Shown piece after piece: positions 21,258-30,937 of a stretch of DNA of 64,000 nt (the first letter of the stretch is position 1; every line of letters starts with the position of its first letter). Origin of the DNA: Oscillospiraceae bacterium (GTDB lineage Bacteria; Bacillota; Clostridia; Oscillospirales; Ruminococcaceae); assembly GCA_047973265.1 (NCBI GenBank), contig JBKEBS010000060.1:1604-65603 (forward strand), given 5' to 3'. The notes below the pieces were generated by a model. It saw nothing but the letters and a program-made list of their open reading frames with translations, was not told the origin of the DNA and did no database searches. The translations under genes and the position numbers were made by a program.

Positions 21258-22316
21258 ATGAAAAAATTGGCGCTTATCGGTTGCGGCGGCATCGGCGGCT
21301 ACCACCTGGACAACTTCCTGAAAATGGACGGTCTTGTGGAGCTTGCGGGCTTCTGCGACCTGCTCATCGACAGGGCGGAGGACTTCGTGAAAAAGGCGGG
21401 CGGCGGCAAAGCATTCTCCAGCTTTGTGGAGATGTACGACGAAGTGAAGCCGGACATGGTCTTCATCTGCGTGCCCCCCAGCTGCCACGGGGAGATCGAG
21501 TTCGAGACCATTCGCAGGCGCATCCCCTTCTTTGTGGAAAAGCCTCTGGCCCTGGACACCGCGCTGGCGAGGGAGCTTGTGCGCCAGGTGGAGGAGAGCG
21601 GGCTCATCGCGGCCTCCGGCTTTCAGTGCCGCTATGACAGCATCAACGAAACCGCCAAGCAATACCTGCAAAAGCACCCGGTCGTGCATGTGCAGGCCTC
21701 CCGCGTGGGGGGCATCCCCGAGGTGCCGTGGTGGAGGGTGAAGGCGACCTCCGGCGGGCAGCTGGTGGAGCAGACCATCCACCAGATGGATATGCTGCGC
21801 TACCTGCTCCAGGATGAGCCCGACACCGTCTACTCGGTGCCCACCCGGGGCTTCATCACCCAGGAGGAGTGCCCCGGCTACCTCTCCGACGACCTTTCCA
21901 CCACGCTGATCACCTTCCGCAGCGGCGTCACCTGCACCATGATGACGGGATGCTACAGCGAAAACCCCGCCGCATGGGAGTCGAAGATGACTTTTGGCGG
22001 CAGGGCCGCCCGGATGGACTACTACCTGATCACCAAAGCGACAGTCTTTGAGGCGGAGACCGCCCAGGCCCAGAATCTGGGAGGCGTGGTGTCCGGCGAC
22101 GGCATGCAGCGCTCCGCCGGGAATGAGCAGGGCGTCACGGTGGAGACGGCGAACGACTTTGGCGTGGAGTGCGACCGCACCTTTATCGAGGCCGCCATCA
22201 GCGGCGACGGCTCCAAGATTCGCTCCCCCTATGCCGACGCCTGGAAGAGCGTGGCCTTCACGCTGGCCTGCAACCAGTCTATGGAGACCGGGCTGCCGGT
22301 CAAGGTGTCCTACTAA
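21258..22316 (+). CDS. Gfo/Idh/MocA oxidoreductase
   Basis: IGCGGIG, VEKPLA and GGQLVEQTIHQMD. Confidence 0.92.
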   Translation: MKKLALIGCGGIGGYHLDNFLKMDGLVELAGFCDLLIDRAEDFVKKAGGGKAFSSFVEMYDEVKPDMVFICVPPSCHGEIEFETIRRRIPFFVEKPLALDTALARELVRQVEESGLIAASGFQCRYDSINETAKQYLQKHPVVHVQASRVGGIPEVPWWRVKATSGGQLVEQTIHQMDMLRYLLQDEPDTVYSVPTRGFITQEECPGYLSDDLSTTLITFRSGVTCTMMTGCYSENPAAWESKMTFGGRAARMDYYLITKATVFEAETAQAQNLGGVVSGDGMQRSAGNEQGVTVETANDFGVECDRTFIEAAISGDGSKIRSPYADAWKSVAFTLACNQSMETGLPVKVSY

Positions 22317-22331
22317 ATCATACAGCTAACG

Positions 22332-22377
22332 GCAAAGACCCGGCCTCTCCATCAGGAGAGGCCGGGTCTTTGCTTTT
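22332..22377 (+). terminator. Intrinsic terminator
   Basis: Perfect 19-bp stem GCAAAGACCCGGCCTCTCC/GGAGAGGCCGGGTCTTTGC followed by TTTT. Confidence 0.85.
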
Positions 22378-22381
22378 GGCG

Positions 22382-22486
22382 ATACTAATTCCGATTAAAA
22401 ACCTGAGAAGCCGAGCGATGCATTCTTTTGAGAAAGAATGCGCTCTGAGCGACAGCTGATCAGCTATTTTTATTTGGAATTAGTAT
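22382..22486 (+). repeat. Dispersed structured repeat, copy A (MITE/REP-like or ncRNA)
   Basis: 20-nt terminal inverted repeats with 2 differences; homologous to the reverse complement of 51865-52020. Confidence 0.8.
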
Positions 22487-23925
22487 TATTCCGATGCGGA
22501 GCGCGGTTCTCTCCGCTTGCGTTTTGCCTGCTCAAGCAGGGCGTGAAAGGCGGGAAGGGCGGCACGCCCCTCTTGGGTGACAGGCTTGACCCATTTCCCC
22601 GTGTTCATGTACCACAGGACAAGCCCGGTGCGGACATAGTCGTCCATGTACATGCAGAAAAACACGACGATGAAGGGCAGCTTGAATACCAAACCCGTCA
22701 GCAGCATGGCGGGGATGGTGAAGACATACATGCAGACAATCTCCACCACCGTGCCGAAAACGGATTCTCCTCCGGCCCGGAAAGTGTCATTGCAAATCCA
22801 GTTGCAGGTGCGGAAGGTTGCGGCGAAAATGAAGAGAAACAGCATCTGGTTGCCGTAGCCCAGCGCGGTTTCGCCCAGGCCGAAGATGCCCAGCAGGGGC
22901 CCGCGAAGCAGCCACTGGATGACACACGCCACAAAGATGACCGCCGGGCAGAGCAGCGCGAAGCGCTTGCCGTCGGTGTAGCCTCCCAGGGGTTCCCCGG
23001 CGCCCACCTGCTTGCCCACAATGACCGAGGTGGCGTTGGTGAAGCCCCGGAAGAAGGAGAAGACGATGCCCTCGATCACGCGGAAGACAGCCAGCGCCGC
23101 GATGGCCGATTCGGCCTGCCGCCCCACCACGATGTTGATGATCATGAAGCCGATGCCGAGAAACACCTCGTTTGCCACGATGAACAGGCTTTTGGAGAAA
23201 TACTCCTTGACAAAGGCCGCGTTCCAGCGGAAGTGATTTCGGAAGTCACGCAGGAAGGTGCGCTCCTTGTCAAACAGGCAGTAGGTAAACAGAAGAATCA
23301 CGTTGACGGCGTTTCCTACCACGGTGGCGATTGCCGCGCCCTCCACGCCCAGAGCAGGTGCGCCAAGGTTGCCATAGATGAGTACCCAGTTGAGACCGGC
23401 GTTGGTCAGCAGACCGGCGATGGAGGCGTAGAGGGGCACCTTCACCTGTTCGGTGGAGCGCATCAGCCCGCTGAGGGCGAAGGCCATCACCTGTAGGGGA
23501 AAGGAGAAGCCCACAATGCGCAGATAGGGGGCCGCAATCGCCTGGATATTGCTCTTGTCGGTGTAGACGCTCAGCACCCACTCCGGCGCCAAAACAGCAG
23601 TCGCTCCAAAGAGGAGGCCGAAAAACATCATGCAGGCCAGGGTGAGGCCGTAGGCCCGGCTGATGCCCTTTTCATTCTTCGCGCCCCAATACTGGGAAAA
23701 GAAGATGATGCCGCCGTTAAAGAAGCCGTAGAAGGCGCTGAACAGCAGGGAGCTGAACTGTGCGCAGATGCCCACCGCCGCAACTGCCAGCTCCCCCTGG
23801 GAGCCGATCATGATGGTGTCCACCATGCTGCCCGAGGTGGTCAGAAGGCTTTGCAGCGCGACGGGCAGGCCGATGGCGGCTGCGCTGGCGTAAAACTTTT
23901 TGTCTCCCAGCAGAGGAGTCTTCAT
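22486..23925 (-). CDS. MATE-family transporter
   Basis: GLPVALQSLL...VDTIMIG, NWVLIYG.LGAPALGVEGAAIATV; about 12 TM. Confidence 0.93.
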   Translation of the reverse strand: MKTPLLGDKKFYASAAAIGLPVALQSLLTTSGSMVDTIMIGSQGELAVAAVGICAQFSSLLFSAFYGFFNGGIIFFSQYWGAKNEKGISRAYGLTLACMMFFGLLFGATAVLAPEWVLSVYTDKSNIQAIAAPYLRIVGFSFPLQVMAFALSGLMRSTEQVKVPLYASIAGLLTNAGLNWVLIYGNLGAPALGVEGAAIATVVGNAVNVILLFTYCLFDKERTFLRDFRNHFRWNAAFVKEYFSKSLFIVANEVFLGIGFMIINIVVGRQAESAIAALAVFRVIEGIVFSFFRGFTNATSVIVGKQVGAGEPLGGYTDGKRFALLCPAVIFVACVIQWLLRGPLLGIFGLGETALGYGNQMLFLFIFAATFRTCNWICNDTFRAGGESVFGTVVEIVCMYVFTIPAMLLTGLVFKLPFIVVFFCMYMDDYVRTGLVLWYMNTGKWVKPVTQEGRAALPAFHALLEQAKRKRREPRSASE

Positions 23926-24033
23926 AAGTCAAAATCCTTTTCAGTAAAATGGCACAGCCACATCAGAATACAGTATGTCGCACTCCGTTACAAGACTGTT
24001 TTCCGCTTTGGATGCAGAATCGGCGAACAGCAC

Positions 24034-24071
24034 AAAAGGAACGGGCTTCCTTTGTAAAAGAAACCCGTTCC
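24034..24071 (-). terminator. Hairpin/terminator after the solute-binding protein gene
   Basis: GGAACGGG...CCCGTTCC stem followed by T4 on the minus strand. Confidence 0.6.
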
Positions 24072-24103
24072 ACCTGTAAGGGACTGCAATGATAAAGATG
24101 GAG

Positions 24104-25879
24104 CTAAGCGGCGCTGAGGAAGCGGTCGTAGGCGCCCTGGAAGGTGGAGACCAGATCGTTCACGCCAGCGGCTTCCAGCTCGGCGATGTAGGCGTCCCAG
24201 GTCTCGTCGGCGTTGCCGTCCAGCACCCATTGGATGGTGTAGCGGCGGACGATGTCGGAGATGGTGGGCTGAATCTGGGAGATTTTGGTCTGTTCCTCAG
24301 AGGTCATGATCATCTTGGGGACAGTGGTGTACTCCTCCAGAATATCGTACTTGCCGTTGGCGATCTGGCCGTCCAGCAGGTCGATGGCATCCCAGGTGTA
24401 GTCGCAGACAGTGCCGTAGTATTCGTTGAGCACAGCGAGGGAGCCGCGGGTGGGGGTGGAGTTGTTGCGGAGTTCGCCGAAGGTCTTGTAGTTGTCGAAC
24501 AGCAGAATGTTGTCGTTGTCGTCCAGGCGGAAGTGGAGGATGCCGTCGTCGCCCTTCTCGTAGACCCAGCCCTCTGCGCCCCAGTTGAGGGTGACGGAGA
24601 TTTCGGGCTCGAAGCAGTAGTCCACATAGGCGGCGATGACTTCGGGGTATTCGCAATCGGTTGTGATGGCCACCATGCTGGTGTCCTGCATCTCGGAGAA
24701 GTTCAGCGCAACGCCAGTTTTGCCGCTCGGGCCCTCCATGCGGGGGATAGCCTGGTACTGGGCGCGGACGTTCACGTCGGGAATCTCATTGGCGGGGGCC
24801 CACAGGCCCATGACGCCGACGACAGCGTCGGTGCCGGTGATCTTGTTCTTGTAGAGGGGCAGTCCCTCGGAGGGGCCGGGGGAGAAGGAGTCGACATCCA
24901 GCAGCTTTTCGCTGTTGAGCGTGTTGAAGTACTTGGCGGTCTCCTTGTAGGCCTCGTTGGTGGCGGTAAAGGTGATCTTGCCGTCGACGACAAGCATGTG
25001 GTCGGCGATGTAGTTGCCCTGGCAGTAGGAATCCATCTGGCCGAAGGCGGCGGTGAACTGGTTGAAGGTGTTGTAGGAGCCGAAGGTGTCCTTGGAGGTG
25101 AAATCCAGGGCGTAGGGGATTTCATCGTCCTGGCCGTTGCCGTTCAGGTCGCCGCCGTCCCGGAAGGCCTTGAGCACCTCGGTGAACTCGTCCACGGTGG
25201 TGGGCATGGTCATGCCGACTTTTTCCAGCCACTCGGTGTTGATGATGAAGGGGCCGGGGGTCAGCACGAGGCCCTTCATCTCCTCGATGTAGGGGAAGCC
25301 GTAGGTGTGGCCGTCGGGGGCGAAGGCTGCAGCCTTGTACTCGGGGTGATCCTCATAGATTTTGCTGAGCCGGGGCATGTACTGCTCCACCAGATCTTCG
25401 GTGGGGAGAAAAATATCCTGGCCCATATATTGGGCGACCATGACACCGCTGATGTTGTTCCAGAAGGCGTCGGGGAGGTCCGCGCCGGAGGAGAGCATGA
25501 GGTTGAGCTTCTCGGTGGAGCCGTCGGAGGGGATTTCCTGCCACTCGAATTCCACGCCGGTTTCATCCTTTAACTTCTGGATCATGGTGAGATCGCCGGA
25601 GGGGATGACTCGCTCCGGGGGGACGACGATTGCCATTTTCATCTTGGGGAACTGGGAGGGGTCTTTGATAATGGGCATGGTGCCGTCAAGGTTGATGTTG
25701 TCGTCGCTCTCCGCCGCGGAGACTTCCCCGCCGGCGGAGGCATCATCGGTGGAGGCAGAGGAGGAGCCTGTGGAAGTGGAGGCGGTTCCGCCGGAGGAGC
25801 TGCCGCCGCTGTTGCATCCGGCCGCTGTGGTAAACAGCATGGCCGCCGCCAGAATTGCCGCAAAAATTCGTTTTCCCAT
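24104..25879 (-). CDS. Carbohydrate ABC transporter solute-binding lipoprotein (LplA-like)
   Basis: Lipobox TAAGC, Ser-rich linker, EKLNLMLSSG.DLPD and INTEWLEKVG...PTT; AGGAG SD supports the start at 25879. Confidence 0.92.
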   Translation of the reverse strand: MGKRIFAAILAAAMLFTTAAGCNSGGSSSGGTASTSTGSSSASTDDASAGGEVSAAESDDNINLDGTMPIIKDPSQFPKMKMAIVVPPERVIPSGDLTMIQKLKDETGVEFEWQEIPSDGSTEKLNLMLSSGADLPDAFWNNISGVMVAQYMGQDIFLPTEDLVEQYMPRLSKIYEDHPEYKAAAFAPDGHTYGFPYIEEMKGLVLTPGPFIINTEWLEKVGMTMPTTVDEFTEVLKAFRDGGDLNGNGQDDEIPYALDFTSKDTFGSYNTFNQFTAAFGQMDSYCQGNYIADHMLVVDGKITFTATNEAYKETAKYFNTLNSEKLLDVDSFSPGPSEGLPLYKNKITGTDAVVGVMGLWAPANEIPDVNVRAQYQAIPRMEGPSGKTGVALNFSEMQDTSMVAITTDCEYPEVIAAYVDYCFEPEISVTLNWGAEGWVYEKGDDGILHFRLDDNDNILLFDNYKTFGELRNNSTPTRGSLAVLNEYYGTVCDYTWDAIDLLDGQIANGKYDILEEYTTVPKMIMTSEEQTKISQIQPTISDIVRRYTIQWVLDGNADETWDAYIAELEAAGVNDLVSTFQGAYDRFLSAA

Positions 25880-26034
25880 TTTCATTCTCCTTTTCCTTTG
25901 TCGGGTTGTACCGGTTTTGGGCCGCACAACCCCAGAGCTTGGAGGATTCCCCAAACTTTCTTGCCGAATCAATATACCGCCAATTTATTTTATGACCCAA
26001 TTAAGTGAATGGGCTGCTATCCTTTGACAGCAAC

Positions 26035-26958
26035 TTAACCCTTCACGGCCCCGATCATCACTCCCTTGGTGAAGTATTTTTGGAGGAAGGGGTAGGCAAC
26101 CAGCAGGGGCAGGGCGGAGACGACGATGACCGCGTATTTAAGCTGCTCCGCCAGCTTTTGGCGCATGATGACCTCCGAGGCGTCGCTGGACAAGTTGGAG
26201 GCCTGATTGATAAGTATCAGGTTGCGCAGGATAACCTGGAGAGGCATTCTGTCCTGATCCTGCATGAACATCAGGGCGTTCATGAATTGGTTCCACATGG
26301 CCGTTCCGTAAAAGAGAATCATAACGGCGATGATGGTGGAGGAGAGGGGCAGGACGATCTTGAAGAAGAAGCCGAAGTCGGAGCAGCCATCCAGCTTGGA
26401 GGCCTCCAGCAGCTCCGCCGGAATGCTGGAATCGAAAAAGGAGCGGCAGACGATGAGGTTGTATACCGATACCGCCGAGGGGAGCACCATAGCCCAGATG
26501 GTGTTGTAGATGTTGATGTTCTGGATAACCAGATAGAGGGGGATGATGCCGCCGGAAAAGAACATGGTAAAGGTGAAGAGGAACATCATGGGACGGCGGC
26601 CAACCATATCGGTGCGGGAGAGGGAGTAGGCGCAGGGGATGGTGGTGGCCAGCGATACCAGCGTGCCCACAACGGTGTAGACAATGGTGTTCCAATAGCT
26701 CTTCCAGAGGGGAGTGTAGGCCAGGATGCGCTCATAGCCGCCGATGAAGGGGTCAAAGGGGAGGATGAGTAGCTTGCCCTGGTTGACCACATCGGGGTCG
26801 GTGAAGGAGGCGACGAGCACAAACCACAGCGGATAGGCAATGCAGATGCAGACAATCAGCATGATGAAGAAGTTGAAGATGTCGAAAATGCGGTCAGAGA
26901 GAGTGGGTTTCAGGTGGGAGGGGCCGTGAAGAGCGTCTTTCTTCTTGGTGCTTGTCAT
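26035..26958 (-). CDS. Carbohydrate ABC permease (LplC-like)
   Basis: FFSGGIIPLY, ELLEASKLDG and YPFLQKYFTKGVMIGAVKG. Confidence 0.95.
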   Translation of the reverse strand: MTSTKKKDALHGPSHLKPTLSDRIFDIFNFFIMLIVCICIAYPLWFVLVASFTDPDVVNQGKLLILPFDPFIGGYERILAYTPLWKSYWNTIVYTVVGTLVSLATTIPCAYSLSRTDMVGRRPMMFLFTFTMFFSGGIIPLYLVIQNINIYNTIWAMVLPSAVSVYNLIVCRSFFDSSIPAELLEASKLDGCSDFGFFFKIVLPLSSTIIAVMILFYGTAMWNQFMNALMFMQDQDRMPLQVILRNLILINQASNLSSDASEVIMRQKLAEQLKYAVIVVSALPLLVAYPFLQKYFTKGVMIGAVKG

Positions 26959-26976
26959 GGCTCTCTGCGCTCCTTT

Positions 26977-27963
26977 CTAGAAGATGCTGATGTCGGCGGT
27001 CTTTTTGGCGACAGCGTTGCAGACTGCCAGGATGATGAAGTTGACACCGGAGTTGAACAATCCCACGGCGGTTGCAAAACTGTATTGTGCGTTTTGCAGG
27101 CCGGTCTTGTAGACATAGGTGGAGATGATCTCGCTCACCACGGTGTTCATGCCGTTCTGCATCAGATAGACCTTTTCGTAGCCGATGGTCATGATATTGC
27201 CGACGGCCAGGATGAACATGATGATGACGGTGGGCATGATCAGAGGGATGTCGATGTAGAGAATGCGCTTGAACTTCGACGCGCCGTCCACGATGGCGGC
27301 CTCGTAGAAGTCGGGGCTGATGCCGGTGAGCGCGGCGATATAGATGATGGCGTTGAAGCCCATGGATTGCCAGATGTTGGAGATGATATAGAGGGAGCGG
27401 AAGTATTCGGGCCGGCTGGTGAACAGGAGGGGGTCGTTCCCGGTAAGGGTGGTGTAGATGGTGTTGACAAAGCCGCTGCCGGGGGCGAGGATGACGTTCA
27501 TGATGGAGACGACAACCACTGCCGAGATGAAGTAGGGGGCGTAGGAGACTGTCTGAATCGTCTTGCGCAGCTTGTTGGTTTTCACCTGGTTGAGCAGCAG
27601 GGCAAAGATGATGGGGACGGGAAAAGAAATCAAAATGGTGAGCAGGCTGAGGATGACAGTGTTGCTGATGGTATTCCAGGCAATGTTGGTGCTGAAGAAG
27701 GCCTGGAAGTGCTTGAACAGCGGCTCTGCCCAGGGGCTTGCCGTGATGCCTGCCCGGGGCTTGAAGTCCTTGAAGGCGATGGTCAGGCCGTACATCGGAT
27801 AGTAGGCGAAGACAACCAGCCAGAGAAGGCCGGGCACCATCAGGGCCCACAGCTGCCAGTTATGGGAGAGTATTTCCAAAAGCTTTGACTTTTTCGCCGG
27901 TTTCACTGCGGCGGTATCCCTTTTCACCATGCTGCCTGCTCCTTCTTTTGCAAGTTGTGACAT
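26977..27963 (-). CDS. Carbohydrate ABC permease (LplB-like)
   Basis: PYFISAVVV and EAA loop YEAAIVDGAS. Confidence 0.95.
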   Translation of the reverse strand: MSQLAKEGAGSMVKRDTAAVKPAKKSKLLEILSHNWQLWALMVPGLLWLVVFAYYPMYGLTIAFKDFKPRAGITASPWAEPLFKHFQAFFSTNIAWNTISNTVILSLLTILISFPVPIIFALLLNQVKTNKLRKTIQTVSYAPYFISAVVVVSIMNVILAPGSGFVNTIYTTLTGNDPLLFTSRPEYFRSLYIISNIWQSMGFNAIIYIAALTGISPDFYEAAIVDGASKFKRILYIDIPLIMPTVIIMFILAVGNIMTIGYEKVYLMQNGMNTVVSEIISTYVYKTGLQNAQYSFATAVGLFNSGVNFIILAVCNAVAKKTADISIF

Positions 27964-27982
27964 ACTGGCCGTTCCTTTCTGC

Positions 27983-29215
27983 CTATCGTTTCTGCTTCTG
28001 CATTTCCATGAGTATCTCCGGCCGTTTGAGGCAGAAGTCGATGGCCACAGCGGCCGCGCCGTAGAGAATGGGGTCGTTGGGGAAGCGGGAGAGCTCTATG
28101 CTGACATTTTCCGCGATATGGGGGGCAATGCGCTCCCGCACAACTGCCAGCGCCTCTTCCAGGAGGGTTTGGCCGCCCCCTGCCATGTCGTTGCTGATGA
28201 CGATGGTGCTGGGGTCGTAGGTGTTGATCATGGCTGCCGCGCCGTAGCCGATGTAGCGCCCCGCCCGTCTGACCAGCGAGATGGCGAAGCGGTCGCCCTG
28301 ATTGGCGGCCTCGAAGATAGAGGAAAAGGTGAGGCTGCCATAGCGGGTCAGGGTGGATTCCGGGTGCTCGGGCAGCTTGGATTTGGCGTGCTTGACAAAG
28401 GCGAGGGAGGAGCAGTAGAGCTCCAGGCAGCCCCGGTTGCCGCAGGTGCAGTGGGGGCCGTTGACGTCGATGCTCACATGGCCGATCTCTCCGGCGATGC
28501 CGTTGTCCCCCGTGAGTATCTCGCCGTCGATGATGATGCCTGCGCCCACCCCCTCGCCCACCAGGTAGTGGATGAGGGTCTCGCCCTGCTGGTGAATCTG
28601 GGTGCCGAACCACCACTCGGCCAGCGCGCCGGAATTTGCGTCGTGCCGGATGATGACGGGAACGGAAAAGGCGGAGCCCAGGTATTCCTGGAGGTTGACC
28701 TCTTTCCAGCCGATGGTTTCGGTGACCAGAACCATGCGGGATTCCTTGACCAGATAGGGGCCGGGGACGGCCACGCCGATGGCTGCAACATTGTCGAAGC
28801 GGGACATATAGCCCTCGATCACCTGAATGATCTTGTCCAGCACGCCGGGGAGGAGCTCGTCCTCCGAAAAGCTCTCGGAGTGGACGCCGAAGTTTTCGCC
28901 TGTCATATCAAAGACGCCCACTGAGAAGTTCCGCCGGGACAGCTTGACGCCGATGAGCTTGCAGAGGTCGGCCCGCAGGGTGATGCCGATGGAGCGGCGT
29001 CCCTTTTCCCCCTGCACGAATCCGATTTCCTCCACCAGCCCGTTTTCCATCAGCCCGGCCACCGTCTTGGTGATGGAGGCGGGGGTGAGCCCCAGCGCCT
29101 TGCTGAGTTGAGAGCGGGTGCAGACTTTATCCCGTTGGAGGTGCTGGACGATCAGCGACCGGTTGATGTTGAGAAGGTTTTCGTTGTTCTGGCCCTTGCC
29201 TGAGACATTCATCAT
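27983..29215 (-). CDS. ROK-family transcriptional repressor
   Basis: N-terminal HTH (TRSQLSKALGLTPASIT) and GEIGH...CTCGNRGCLE. Confidence 0.93.
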   Translation of the reverse strand: MMNVSGKGQNNENLLNINRSLIVQHLQRDKVCTRSQLSKALGLTPASITKTVAGLMENGLVEEIGFVQGEKGRRSIGITLRADLCKLIGVKLSRRNFSVGVFDMTGENFGVHSESFSEDELLPGVLDKIIQVIEGYMSRFDNVAAIGVAVPGPYLVKESRMVLVTETIGWKEVNLQEYLGSAFSVPVIIRHDANSGALAEWWFGTQIHQQGETLIHYLVGEGVGAGIIIDGEILTGDNGIAGEIGHVSIDVNGPHCTCGNRGCLELYCSSLAFVKHAKSKLPEHPESTLTRYGSLTFSSIFEAANQGDRFAISLVRRAGRYIGYGAAAMINTYDPSTIVISNDMAGGGQTLLEEALAVVRERIAPHIAENVSIELSRFPNDPILYGAAAVAIDFCLKRPEILMEMQKQKR

Positions 29216-29528
29216 AATGTATTAACTCCCTTGAACGTTTGTCGTTAACAATGTGAATACATTATGCTATAAATGGAGTGGCTTCGCAATATTAATTCAC
29301 GGAGTTAATTCATTTACTGCATTCATAATAGCAATGAGTTCATAACTTGTCAACACTTTTTTGGTATTTTTATCTAATAATCTTTTGCAGAAAATAAGAT
29401 AAGTACAGAAAGGCTCGGGTTTCTCAGAAAAACATGTTTACATTTTGAATTATCTCTGTTAACATTAAGGCGTCGAATGAATTAATGGAGTTAACATAAA
29501 TATTGATTTGTGAAAGGAGCACGTTATC

Positions 29529-30899
29529 ATGAGCACACAAGGCATCCGCGACTTCCGCCCCCGCATCCACTACAGCCCCACCACGGGCTGGATCAACGAC
29601 CCCAATGGATTGGTCCATCACCAGGGCAGGTACCATCTTTTTGCCCAGCACAATCCGGCTGCCACTGTACACGGCCCCATGCATTGGGATCATGCTGTCA
29701 GCGACGATCTCATCCACTGGGAACACCTGCCCATCGCCATATTCCCCGACAAGGACGGCCAGATTTTCTCGGGCAGCGCTGTGTCCGACACAGAAAACCT
29801 CTCCGGTCTCGGCAAGGACGGGCAGGCGCCGCTCATCGCCATGTACACCATGCACACCGACAACAACGAGGAGCAAGGCATCGCCTACAGCCTGGACGGC
29901 GTTGACTTCAAAAAGTATGAGGGCAATCCCGTCCTTCCAAACCCCGGCATCAGCGACTTCCGCGATCCCAAAATCTTCTGGAATCCGGTGAAAAAGGGCT
30001 GGAGCATGGTGATTGCCGCCAAGGACAGAGTGCACTTCTACAGTACTAAAAACTTTATAAATTGGGAAAAGACCGGGGAGTTCGGCCCCGGCGGCAATCA
30101 TGCCTCCGGCATCTGGGAGTGCCCTGATCTCATCGCCCTGGAGTGCGGCGGCAAGCCGGTTTACATGCTCATTGTCAGCATGACTACCACCATGGAGGAG
30201 GGCCGATGCAATACACAATACTTCTTTGGCGACTTCGACGGCGACGCGTTTACCAGCACGGTGCCCTTCGGCAAAATGGAGAAGATCGACGACGGCTGGG
30301 ATAACTACGCGGGCGTGAGTTTCAACAATCTGGAGGACAAGCTCCTCATGGGCTGGGGTATGAGCTGGGAGTATGCCGGGGACACCCCCACAGGCGAATA
30401 CTGCGGCCAGATGACCCTGCCCCGCCGCCTGTCAGCCGTGGAGACCTCCGCGGGACTTCGCCTCGCCTCCCAGCCGGTTGCCTATGACAAGTTCCTGGGC
30501 GGGGAAAAGGCGGTCAAAGACGGCGACGCCCTTTCCGCCGAGACCTTCCTGCTTCGCATCAAGGGGAATGGCTCCGCTGCCGTCACCCTGACCAACAAGG
30601 AAAATCAGAGTCTGGTATTCGGTGTGGACGCTGAGAACAATCTTTTTGTGGACAGGACAAGGGCTGGTGCGAACACCTTCCACGCCAGCTTCGGCACAGA
30701 GCTGTACAGCGTGAGAAAAGCAAAGCGGTATTTCGACGGCTCCTACGAGCTGGACTTTATCTTCGACGTCTCCATCCTTGAGATGTTCGTGGACGGTGGC
30801 GCCCGGAACATGTCGGTTGTGGTTTATCCCGATTCCGCGTATAATAGAGTGAATATAGAAGGGGATGCCGAGGTGGTTCTCCGGGAAATCAACGCGTAG
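29529..30899 (+). CDS. GH32 beta-fructofuranosidase/levanase, cytoplasmic
   Basis: WINDPNG, FSGSA, FRDP and WECPD; no signal peptide. Confidence 0.95.
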   Translation: MSTQGIRDFRPRIHYSPTTGWINDPNGLVHHQGRYHLFAQHNPAATVHGPMHWDHAVSDDLIHWEHLPIAIFPDKDGQIFSGSAVSDTENLSGLGKDGQAPLIAMYTMHTDNNEEQGIAYSLDGVDFKKYEGNPVLPNPGISDFRDPKIFWNPVKKGWSMVIAAKDRVHFYSTKNFINWEKTGEFGPGGNHASGIWECPDLIALECGGKPVYMLIVSMTTTMEEGRCNTQYFFGDFDGDAFTSTVPFGKMEKIDDGWDNYAGVSFNNLEDKLLMGWGMSWEYAGDTPTGEYCGQMTLPRRLSAVETSAGLRLASQPVAYDKFLGGEKAVKDGDALSAETFLLRIKGNGSAAVTLTNKENQSLVFGVDAENNLFVDRTRAGANTFHASFGTELYSVRKAKRYFDGSYELDFIFDVSILEMFVDGGARNMSVVVYPDSAYNRVNIEGDAEVVLREINA

Positions 30900-30937
30900 C
30901 CGGCTGCCGGAGCGCGGCGAAAGGAATAGTCACATTG

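Noticed and set aside
25880..26034. Small hairpins between permease and SBP genes considered as a riboswitch
   Set aside because: No recognisable aptamer consensus; intergenic hairpins are common in ABC operons.
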